From: Bacilli bacterium
GTDB lineage: Bacteria > Bacillota_I > Bacilli_A > RF39 > UBA660
Reading direction: 5' to 3'
Assembly (NCBI GenBank): GCA_017433415.1
Contig: JAFRHI010000023.1
Coordinates: forward strand, 80,520-144,519
DNA: 64,000 nt
Positions 8,443 through 17,117 of this stretch are shown in pieces. Positions within the stretch are counted from its first letter, which is position 1; the number at the start of each line of letters is the position of its first letter. The translations under genes were made by a program, and so were the position numbers. A model generated the notes under the pieces. It was not told the origin of the DNA, made no database searches, and saw only the letters and a list, made by a program, of their open reading frames with translations.

Positions 8443-9222
8443 ATGAAAAAAATCATCAAAATTTTGATTGTAATTCTTGTTGTTTCATATTTGATAACAG
8501 GGTTAATGGTTTTTATAAAATTTGATTTTTTTAAAAATAATAAGTCTCCTCTCAATGAAGTTTATAATAATATGCGAAATATTAATAATGTTAAAATAAA
8601 GCGTGTTATTTCTGCAAATTTAGAAAAGAGGGATAAGGAGTTAAAAACAGATAAAAATTCTTTTGAATTTACATATAATTATGATGTAGTAAAAAAATGG
8701 GGAGATGGCAAGTATACTTTTTTAAAACTTTTAGGAGATTCTGAAACTTCTGGGGAAGAAAAAATTTCTTTTGTTAATGATGAGGGACTTTATCATTATT
8801 GTTTGAATAGTAAATGTTCAAATTTAGGAAAACGAAATATTTATTTAGATGATTATTATTATATTTTAGAAATTTTAAAGAATACTACTTCTGTAACTAA
8901 GAATTCTGATGGTACATATAAATTAAATGTATCTGAGGAAACTTTGCATGATTATGTGCTATATTTAGGATGGTTAAGAGGAACATATAGTTTTTTGGAA
9001 AGGGATACTACTTATCCTTACCTAAATCTTTATAATAAATCTATAAAGCCACAAGCTATTAAAGTAGCTGTAAAAATAACTGATGATAATTATCTTTCCG
9101 AAATAAAAATTGATATACCTTCTGAATATGATTTTGATTATTCAATTACATATAGTGATTATAATAATGCAAATGTTGAAATACCAATATCTGTATTAGC
9201 TACTTTATCAGGGGATAATTAA
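8443..9222 (+). CDS. Hypothetical N-terminally anchored extracellular protein
   Basis: 259 aa with a signal-anchor 'IIKILIVILVVSYLITGLMVFI'. The start is 3 nt after the upstream stop, so operon continuity is likely. Confidence 0.5.
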   Translation: MKKIIKILIVILVVSYLITGLMVFIKFDFFKNNKSPLNEVYNNMRNINNVKIKRVISANLEKRDKELKTDKNSFEFTYNYDVVKKWGDGKYTFLKLLGDSETSGEEKISFVNDEGLYHYCLNSKCSNLGKRNIYLDDYYYILEILKNTTSVTKNSDGTYKLNVSEETLHDYVLYLGWLRGTYSFLERDTTYPYLNLYNKSIKPQAIKVAVKITDDNYLSEIKIDIPSEYDFDYSITYSDYNNANVEIPISVLATLSGDN

Positions 9223-9251
9223 ATATAGTTTTATAGAAAGGATGTGTTTAT

Positions 9252-9683
9252 ATGAAATATTTTAAATATATTAAATTTAGTTTATGTTTATTATTAATTT
9301 GTTTTATGTTAACAGGATGCAGTCTTTTTGGTAAGAAATTGACAGAAGAGGAAAAAATATGTCAAGCTATAGCACCAAGTATTGAGAAGTATCAGAATAA
9401 AGAAATTAATTATAATGAGTTTTTGGATTCAATTAAAGGGGATTATGAAAGTTCTTGTTCTAATGAAACTACTAGTGTTATTTGTGTCGCTATAAAAGGA
9501 TTGTATGCAACTGAAGATACAGATTTAGAATTAAAAGATTGTAGTAATTTAAGTGGTAATTTCAAAGACTTATGTGAGTCAACCAATAAAGCAAAAAAAT
9601 CAATGTCTGAAAAAAAAGACGATATTCAAGATGCATCAGTCAACAATTTAAAAAGAAGTTGTGACTTATTAGCAGAAAAATAA
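9252..9683 (+). CDS. Small Cys-rich lipoprotein
   Basis: Lipobox 'MLTGC' after a hydrophobic h-region. There are 7 further Cys residues in the mature part. RBS AAAGGATG. Confidence 0.6.
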   Translation: MKYFKYIKFSLCLLLICFMLTGCSLFGKKLTEEEKICQAIAPSIEKYQNKEINYNEFLDSIKGDYESSCSNETTSVICVAIKGLYATEDTDLELKDCSNLSGNFKDLCESTNKAKKSMSEKKDDIQDASVNNLKRSCDLLAEK

Positions 9684-9747
9684 TATTACTTAAAACATAA
9701 AATTCATAAACAACAATACTAATCATATTATTTTATAGGTGAAATAT

Positions 9748-10797
9748 ATGAAGAAAGTATTGTTTTTTTTATTATGTTCTTTATTAGTAATTACTAATGT
9801 ATATGCTAGTAATTATGTGGTTATGGATATGGGTAGTGGAAGAGTTCTTGCTTCTAGAAGTATGAATGAAGAGAAATTGATCGCATCTATTACTAAGATT
9901 ATGACTTGTATTATTATACTTGAAAATAATGATTTAGATAAGGAAGTTGTTGTTGGAGAAGAGATTTTAAAGATGTATGGCACTAATATTTATATAGAAG
10001 TAGGAGAAAAAATAAAAGTAATTGATTTATTATATGGACTAATGCTTAGGAGTGGTAATGATGCAGCAATTACTTTAGCTATTAATACTAGTGGTAGTGA
10101 AGACGAGTTTGTTGCACTCATGAATGAGAAAGCTTTGGAAATAGGAATGAACAATACTAAGTTTTCTAATGCCCATGGATTAGATGATAATAGTCAGAAT
10201 TATTCTACGGCTTATGATATGGCTTTACTTAGTCGTTATGCATTTAATAATAAAAAATATAGAGAAATTATTAATACTAAAAAATACGTGGCTAAGTCAT
10301 CATTAAAGACTTATGTCTGGTATAATAGGATGAGTCTTTTAAATAATTATAAATATTGTATAGGTGGTAAAAATGGCTATACTCCAAAAGCTGGAAAAAC
10401 ACTTGTTAGTGTGGCTGAAAAGGAAGGTGTTACTTTAACAATTGTCTCTCTTGATGATAATGATATTTATGAGACTCATGAATATTTATATGATAAATAT
10501 TTTGATAAATACAAGTTATATACAATTGTAGATAAAGATAAATTTATGATTGATAAAACATTGTATCCAGAGGATATTTATTTGAAAAAGTCTTTTAAAT
10601 ATTTATTAACTTCAGAAGAGAGTGATTTAGTTAGTACTTTTATAAAACTTAATGAGAAAAGTAATAATAATGTTGTTGGGGAAATAATTATATCGTTAGA
10701 TAATAAGGAAATAGGGAGATTAGATATTTATAAATATAAAAAAAAGAAAGATAGATTAACTATCTTTCAAAAATTTAAAAATCTAATTATTAGATAA
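9748..10797 (+). CDS. D-alanyl-D-alanine carboxypeptidase (PBP5/DacB-type, peptidase S11)
   Basis: Signal peptide plus SxxK 'SITK', SxN 'SGND' and a KTG-like 'KNGYT'. A C-terminal PBP5_C-like domain is present. The ATG at 9748 is preferred over the track's GTG at 9739. Confidence 0.8.
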   Translation: MKKVLFFLLCSLLVITNVYASNYVVMDMGSGRVLASRSMNEEKLIASITKIMTCIIILENNDLDKEVVVGEEILKMYGTNIYIEVGEKIKVIDLLYGLMLRSGNDAAITLAINTSGSEDEFVALMNEKALEIGMNNTKFSNAHGLDDNSQNYSTAYDMALLSRYAFNNKKYREIINTKKYVAKSSLKTYVWYNRMSLLNNYKYCIGGKNGYTPKAGKTLVSVAEKEGVTLTIVSLDDNDIYETHEYLYDKYFDKYKLYTIVDKDKFMIDKTLYPEDIYLKKSFKYLLTSEESDLVSTFIKLNEKSNNNVVGEIIISLDNKEIGRLDIYKYKKKKDRLTIFQKFKNLIIR

Positions 10798-11706
10798 TCT
10801 GAAGAAATTAATTGATGGTCGACAGAATAATCTAATACTACTTTTTTTATTTGTTCCTAGTCCACTAGAAATATATAACGTAGAATCATTTATTTTATAG
10901 TAGGATTGATCATATTTTTTAGCTCCATCAAATTTAAATAGAGCTTTGTTGATAAATGGTATTCTTATTAATCCATTATGTGAATGACCAGCTAAGAACA
11001 AATCTGTTTTATAACTAGTTAGTATGTTATCAACTTGATCAGGTTCATGAAGTAGAGTAATTGTATATATATCAGCATTATGTGTTTCTTCTTTAAAGTA
11101 GGAATAACCTTTATCAATATCTTGTTCTTTTTTTATATTTGATGAGAGACCAATTAATAGTATTGCATCATTACTATTATTATATATTAATTCAGATTCA
11201 TTTTTTAGGATTGTAAACTCTGCTTGAGTTAAGATTACGCCTATTTCTTCTTTATCTTCATCACCGAAAATAGCATATTTACCAAGAGAGGCATTAATAT
11301 TTTTTAATTCAGTACTTAATTTTTCTTGTTCTTTATTAGATATTTTATATTCATTACTTATTAAATCACCTGTGAAAACTACTAAGTCGGGTTTTCTTTT
11401 ATTGATTTGTTTTACTATTTTTTTTAAGTCTTCATTGAACATAGTACTTCCATAATGGAGATCACTTATTTGAATTATTTTTAAACCATTGAATGAAGTT
11501 GGTATTTTCTTGTTTATTATTCTTTCTTCTTTAATACTTACTTTAACTGTAGAAATATAAGTTGTGTAGTAGAAAAAAATAGCAGAAAATATACCTATAA
11601 TAAGGATTAATTTAATAGTAAGTTTAATAGTCTTTTTTATTGTTTCTTTATTTTGTTCTTTCATTATTTCTTTTTGTTTTTCTTCATTTATTTCTTCACG
11701 GGTCAT
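10783..11706 (-). CDS. Membrane-anchored calcineurin-like metallophosphoesterase (YkuE/YaeI-like)
   Basis: Motifs 'QISDLHYG', 'FTGDL' and 'LAGHSHNG'. It has an N-terminal TM and overlaps the dac gene 3' end by 15 nt (convergent). Confidence 0.75.
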   Translation of the reverse strand: MTREEINEEKQKEIMKEQNKETIKKTIKLTIKLILIIGIFSAIFFYYTTYISTVKVSIKEERIINKKIPTSFNGLKIIQISDLHYGSTMFNEDLKKIVKQINKRKPDLVVFTGDLISNEYKISNKEQEKLSTELKNINASLGKYAIFGDEDKEEIGVILTQAEFTILKNESELIYNNSNDAILLIGLSSNIKKEQDIDKGYSYFKEETHNADIYTITLLHEPDQVDNILTSYKTDLFLAGHSHNGLIRIPFINKALFKFDGAKKYDQSYYKINDSTLYISSGLGTNKKSSIRLFCRPSINFFRLSNN

Positions 11707-11823
11707 ATTATCACCAATTTTATTGTATCACATAAATTTCATTATTAGTTGCAAATTTAAAAAAACTAAGTAAAGTACTTTATTATTTTTAGTTAGATGT
11801 GCTATCATAAAAGTGGTGATTTT

Positions 11824-13221
11824 ATGGAATATGATGTAGTGATAATTGGAGCTGGTCCAGCAGGACTTTTTAGTGCATACGAATTAATTACAAAAAATAA
11901 AAAATTAAAAATAGCAATAATCGATAGGGGATCTTGTGTAAAGAATAGGGTATGTCCAATGAATAAGAATAAGATACCTTGTCAGAATTGTAATCCTTGT
12001 GCTATTTTATCTGGTTATGGAGGAGCTGGTACTTTTTCAGATGGAAAGTTAAATTTTATTCCTAAACTTGGTAAATCTGATTTGACAAAGTATATGTTGG
12101 AGTCAGAAGCTGATATGTTAATTGATGAGACTGAGGAGATATTTAATAAGTTTGGAATGGATGCGGAAGTTTATCCTAGTAATATGGATGAAGCTATGGC
12201 AATAAAGAAGAAAGTTGCGATAGCGGGTGCTAGACTTTTAGTTATTAAACAAAAGCATTTAGGTAGTGATCATTTACCTGGATATATTCAAGGAATATGT
12301 GATTATTTAGAAGGTAAAGGCGTTACATTGATGGAGAGATGTGATGTTTTAGATATAGAAACAAAGAATGAAAATGAACATGTAGTTACTTATAAAAAGG
12401 GAAATAGTAATAAGAAAATTACGGCTAAATATGTTATGGTAGCACCTGGTAGAACAGGAGCTAAATGGATTCAAGAGTTAGCTGATAAATATAAGATACC
12501 ATATCTTTCACAAAGTATTGAAATTGGTGTTAGAGTAGAAGTTAGAAAAGAAATAATGGAGGAAATTACTAATGTAATTTATGATCCAACTATTTTTATT
12601 AAAACTAATACTTATAGTGATGAAATTAGGACTTTTTGTACTAATCCAGGAGGGTTTGTTGCGAAAGAAAACTATTATGGATATATTTGTGTAAATGGAC
12701 ATGCTTTAAAAGATATTAAATCTAATAATACTAACTTTGCGTTTATTTCTAAAGTAACTTTAACACAACCAGTTACTAATACAAGACTTTATGGTGAGAG
12801 TATTGCGCAAATTGCGAATGTATTGGGGGACGGAAAACCAATTATTCAGTCTCTTAAAGATTTAAGAAGTGGTAGGCGTAGTGAATGGCACAGAATAAAG
12901 AAGGGTTTCATTGAACCAACACTTAAAGACTGTGTAGCAGGAGATTTAGCACTTGTTATGCCTCATAGGATTATTACTAATATCTTAGAAGGATTAGAGA
13001 CACTTGATAAGATTATTCCTGGTGTTAATAATGATGATACACTTCTTTATGGACCAGAGATTAAGTTTTTCTCTAATGAGATTGAAACTGATAATAAATT
13101 TAGATTAGAAAATGACAATATTTACTTTATTGGTGATGGTTCCGGTAAAGCTGGTAATATTGTTACAGCAGCCGCAACTGGTTTAGTTGCAGCTAGAGAT
13201 ATACTTGAAAGGGAGAAATAA
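11824..13221 (+). CDS. FAD-dependent oxidoreductase (COG2509-like uncharacterised dehydrogenase)
   Basis: Dinucleotide fold 'YDVVIIGAGPAGLF' at the N-terminus and 'IYFIGDGSGKAGNIVTAAATG' near the C-terminus. The ATG at 11824 follows GGTGA. Confidence 0.7.
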   Translation: MEYDVVIIGAGPAGLFSAYELITKNKKLKIAIIDRGSCVKNRVCPMNKNKIPCQNCNPCAILSGYGGAGTFSDGKLNFIPKLGKSDLTKYMLESEADMLIDETEEIFNKFGMDAEVYPSNMDEAMAIKKKVAIAGARLLVIKQKHLGSDHLPGYIQGICDYLEGKGVTLMERCDVLDIETKNENEHVVTYKKGNSNKKITAKYVMVAPGRTGAKWIQELADKYKIPYLSQSIEIGVRVEVRKEIMEEITNVIYDPTIFIKTNTYSDEIRTFCTNPGGFVAKENYYGYICVNGHALKDIKSNNTNFAFISKVTLTQPVTNTRLYGESIAQIANVLGDGKPIIQSLKDLRSGRRSEWHRIKKGFIEPTLKDCVAGDLALVMPHRIITNILEGLETLDKIIPGVNNDDTLLYGPEIKFFSNEIETDNKFRLENDNIYFIGDGSGKAGNIVTAAATGLVAARDILEREK

Positions 13222-13222
13222 G

Positions 13223-13912
13223 ATGAAGAAAAATATTTGGATAATTGTAGGTGTTGTTGTAGTTGTTTTACTACTTGTTGTATCTATGTTAATACCAGAA
13301 AAAGAAGAAAAGGAGTATAAAGAAAAAATGTTAGATATAAATTATGATGTTGAAGGAAATGAAGCAGATCTTAATTATGAAACTGAAAACCCAGTAGTTG
13401 CTTTATATATTGAAAAGTATGGTTCAGTAGTAATTGAATTGTATCCTGATGTTGCTCCTAATACAGTTAATAATTTTATATCTTTAGTAAAAAGTGGTTT
13501 TTATGATAACAATAGTTTTCATAGATTAGTACCAGGATTTGTTCTTCAAGGAGGAGATCCTGATGGAACAGGTACTGGTGGACCAGGATATAATATTAAA
13601 GGAGAATTTACAAGTAACGGATTCGAAAACAAATTATTACATACTGAAGGAGTTATTTCAATGGCTAGAAGTCAAGATAATGATTCAGCAGGAAGTCAGT
13701 TCTTTATTTGTTTAGGGACTGCTAGTAACTTAGATGGAAATTATGCCGCATTTGGTAAAGTAATAGATGGAATGGATAATGTCAAAGCAATTGAGAAAAG
13801 AGAGGCTATTGCTGATCAAACAACTGGTAAATTAAGAGAAAACTTGGTACTTAAAAAAGCACTAGTTGATTTAAATGATAAGGAATATCCAGAAGTAGAA
13901 AAGGTTGATTAA
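13223..13912 (+). CDS. ppiB: Cyclophilin-type peptidyl-prolyl cis-trans isomerase with an N-terminal membrane anchor
   Basis: 'FHRLVPGFVLQGGDP.GTGTGGPGY', 'GVISMARS...DSAGSQFFI' and 'AAFGKVIDGMD'. N-terminal TM 'IWIIVGVVVVVLLLVV'. Confidence 0.85.
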   Translation: MKKNIWIIVGVVVVVLLLVVSMLIPEKEEKEYKEKMLDINYDVEGNEADLNYETENPVVALYIEKYGSVVIELYPDVAPNTVNNFISLVKSGFYDNNSFHRLVPGFVLQGGDPDGTGTGGPGYNIKGEFTSNGFENKLLHTEGVISMARSQDNDSAGSQFFICLGTASNLDGNYAAFGKVIDGMDNVKAIEKREAIADQTTGKLRENLVLKKALVDLNDKEYPEVEKVD

Positions 13913-13939
13913 GAAAGTATTTGTACTTTCTTTTTTTTT
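13913..13939 (+). terminator. Rho-independent terminator
   Basis: GAAAGTA-TTTG-TACTTTC followed by T9. Confidence 0.8.
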
Positions 13940-14018
13940 ATATTTATCGGTTTGATTTACAAAGTAAAATATGGTACTATTTTTATAGGAATAAAGTAGT
14001 AGTGAAGTTGGTGATTTT

Positions 14019-17000
14019 ATGGATAAAATAAAGCATTTTATAAAAAATAACTTTGTTGCTATTATTGTGTCTTCTTTTCTGCTTTTTTTATTAATATATT
14101 CAGTCTCTGTAAGTAGTTTTAGTTTTGCTGCGATTTTAAAGGCGATGGGGATATATACTGAAGAAATAAAAAGTGTTGAGTTTAAATCGTCAGATTATGA
14201 TAATCCTGGTAGTTGGTATGTTGAAAAATCAGCTATTTGGATTGATAAAAATAAAGCAAAAGTGACATTTGATGTTAAGTCTATTTTAAAGACTGAAAGT
14301 AAGTATAGGAATGTTATTTTAGTTATGGATATATCTGATTCAATGAGCGGTAATAAGATTGAAAAAGCTAAAGATGATTCTATAAGCCTAGTAAATTATT
14401 TACTAGATGATTCTAATAATAAAGTTGCACTTATTACTTTTGATAGTACATCAGAAATAATTTCATATTTTACTAATGATTGTGATTCTTTGGTTGAAAA
14501 AATAAATAATCTTGCGGTAAAAGGCAATACAAACTATAATGCAGCACTAAAGAATGTGGATAAAGTTATGCAAAATTATGTTGGTGATAATAATGATCTT
14601 ATTGTGCTGTTTTTAACCGATGGTTATCCTAATGCAGAAACAACAAGTCAAGTAGGAACTTATGAGAGTTTAAAAGATAAGTATTCTAATATGACAATTA
14701 ATGGTGTGCAGTATGAAATGGGTGTAGATGTTATTGATGAAATAAAACAAATCACAGATGCTCAATGGGTGGCAAATCAAGATACATTAAGAAATGTATT
14801 GTTTGATGCCGTTCTTTCTCCAGAAGGATATAAAAAATTTGTTATAACTGATTATATTAGTGATTATTTTTCTATAGATTCTATAAATGATATTAAAGTT
14901 ACTGTTGGTGATGTAGAATTAAATAATGATAAAATTGTGTGGAATTTAGTTGATAAAACTTTTACAACGGGTAGTGATGCTAAAATGGATATAGTTTTAT
15001 CTTTAAAAGAACAATATCAAGAAGTTGAAGGATATTATCCAACAAATAAAAAAGAGAGTTTTATATATCAATTGGAAAATGATAATGAAAAAAATGTAAC
15101 AAGTTCAGAAACTCCTGTATTAAAGAATATATATGATGTTGTATATGATACTAATACGCCTGATGATTGTATATTAGATTCAATACCAAATGAAAAGTAT
15201 GCTCAATATTCTACAGTTATAAAAAAAGATAAGGAGTTAGTATGTCCAGGTTATTTGTTTAAAGGGTGGGATTTTTCCGGTGATGATGGTTTGGATATAA
15301 AAATAATTAGTAATGATGCCTTTGTAATGCCCTCACATGATGTAGTAATTAGAGCTACTTGGACAAAACAATCAATTGATAAGTCTATGAATGGTAAAGT
15401 TCATGAAAAAACTACATTATATAAAATGATTGAAAACCAATCTAATACTGTTTCGTATGTAAAAGAATATACTGGAAATCACCAAGATTCTTTAAACGTA
15501 GATGGTACGGAAAAAATATATTATTATAAAGGCAATGTTGAAGATAATAATGTAATATTTGGGGGATTTTGCTGGAAAATAATTAGAACAACAGATACAG
15601 GAGGAGTTAAACTTTTATATAATGGAAATGCAAGTAATACTTTTACATGTGATAATAGTGGTAGTGCTACTAGAGTTGGGACTTCAACATTTAATGTAAA
15701 CTGGGATTCAAAAAGTTATGTTGGATATATGCATAATAAGAATTATCCGGCTAATAGTAAAGAACAAAGACAATCGGTAACACTTTTTTCTAGTAGTAAT
15801 ATAAATGGTACACATTATTTTTCAGATGAATATGAGTATAATCAAAGTATTGCTGAAAGATATAAGTTATATGATAATCCATTAACAGAAGAAGATGAGA
15901 GATTTACGGCTGAGGAATGTTTGTTAAATAATAATTGTAATGAAATTTTAACTGGAAAATATACTTTATCTAGTTCAAATATAAATAATTATAATAATAC
16001 TATAAAATATATCGTTGGTGTTTCCGGAGAAAAAATATATTATTTTGAATTAAAGAATGGACAAACTTTAGAAGATGTTAATTCTACGTATTATGTTGGT
16101 AATAGTTATTCTGATAATGGTGATGGAACATTTACTATAATCGATGATGATGCTATTACAGAAATAAAAAAAGTTGAGTGGTTTAATAAATATGTATCAG
16201 TTAAAAATAAATATGTATGTATCAATTCTAATCCTTGTACTAATCCAATATATATAACATCTTCTTCAGCTACTGGTTATATGAATGAGAATGTTGCTAA
16301 CAATTTTATTTATGCTAATAGTTTTGATTACGTTTTAAATAACGAAACAGGAGAATATGAATATGTTCTTAAAGATACTGAAGTATCTAATAAAATGCAA
16401 TTTTGGGATTGGAATTATTATAGTAATAAAATAAGTAAAAACCATTACACATGCTTTAATACTAGTGGAAGATGTTCAAAAGTTTATTATATTTTTAATA
16501 CCAGTAATTCATCAATAGAGTATATTACATTAGAAAATGGGGAAAGTGTATCTGATGCCATTAACAATATGCTTTATGCAGATGATGTAAATCTCAACAA
16601 TTCAAATATTAAGAATGTTGTTGATGCTTGGTATGAAAATAATATGACTAATTATACAAAGTATATTGAAGATACAATTTATTGTAATGATCGAAGTGTA
16701 AGTAATTTAGCTGGTTGGAATCCTAATGGTGGTTCAACTGAGGGTAGAATAGTATTTAAATTTGAAAAAAGTTCTTATAAATGTAATCATGATACAGATA
16801 AGTTTATGGTAAGTAACGAAAAAGCAAAACTAAAATATCCTGTGGGATTATTAACAGCTAGTGAAGCTTCTTTAGGTCTTGGTACATATTTGCAGAGTGG
16901 TAATAGATGGTGGTTGATGACTCCAGCTACATGCGGTTGGAATATGCGGGCATGTATGAGTAATATTAATGTGAATTATGTGTCAAATGATTATAATTAT

Positions 17001-17102
17001 TATAACTGGGATGTTCGTCCAGTAATTTCTTTGATTCCGGGAATTGAGTATATAGAAGGTAATGGTACAGTGAATAGTCCATACATAATTGATGCTAATT
17101 AA
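14019..17102 (+). CDS. Large membrane-anchored surface protein: vWA domain, one Listeria-Bacteroides (Flg_new) repeat, and a long C-terminal region ending in a DUF6273-like module
   Basis: N-terminal TM. MIDAS motif 'VMDISDSMSG' with downstream 'FLTDG'. 'GYLFKGWDF...FVMPSHDVVIRATW' is a Flg_new repeat. The C-terminus 'LLTASEA...RWWLMTP...WDVRPVISL' resembles the WWLRSP...VRPAL pattern. Confidence 0.7.
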   Translation: MDKIKHFIKNNFVAIIVSSFLLFLLIYSVSVSSFSFAAILKAMGIYTEEIKSVEFKSSDYDNPGSWYVEKSAIWIDKNKAKVTFDVKSILKTESKYRNVILVMDISDSMSGNKIEKAKDDSISLVNYLLDDSNNKVALITFDSTSEIISYFTNDCDSLVEKINNLAVKGNTNYNAALKNVDKVMQNYVGDNNDLIVLFLTDGYPNAETTSQVGTYESLKDKYSNMTINGVQYEMGVDVIDEIKQITDAQWVANQDTLRNVLFDAVLSPEGYKKFVITDYISDYFSIDSINDIKVTVGDVELNNDKIVWNLVDKTFTTGSDAKMDIVLSLKEQYQEVEGYYPTNKKESFIYQLENDNEKNVTSSETPVLKNIYDVVYDTNTPDDCILDSIPNEKYAQYSTVIKKDKELVCPGYLFKGWDFSGDDGLDIKIISNDAFVMPSHDVVIRATWTKQSIDKSMNGKVHEKTTLYKMIENQSNTVSYVKEYTGNHQDSLNVDGTEKIYYYKGNVEDNNVIFGGFCWKIIRTTDTGGVKLLYNGNASNTFTCDNSGSATRVGTSTFNVNWDSKSYVGYMHNKNYPANSKEQRQSVTLFSSSNINGTHYFSDEYEYNQSIAERYKLYDNPLTEEDERFTAEECLLNNNCNEILTGKYTLSSSNINNYNNTIKYIVGVSGEKIYYFELKNGQTLEDVNSTYYVGNSYSDNGDGTFTIIDDDAITEIKKVEWFNKYVSVKNKYVCINSNPCTNPIYITSSSATGYMNENVANNFIYANSFDYVLNNETGEYEYVLKDTEVSNKMQFWDWNYYSNKISKNHYTCFNTSGRCSKVYYIFNTSNSSIEYITLENGESVSDAINNMLYADDVNLNNSNIKNVVDAWYENNMTNYTKYIEDTIYCNDRSVSNLAGWNPNGGSTEGRIVFKFEKSSYKCNHDTDKFMVSNEKAKLKYPVGLLTASEASLGLGTYLQSGNRWWLMTPATCGWNMRACMSNINVNYVSNDYNYYNWDVRPVISLIPGIEYIEGNGTVNSPYIIDAN

Positions 17103-17117
17103 TAAGGAGATGATTTT

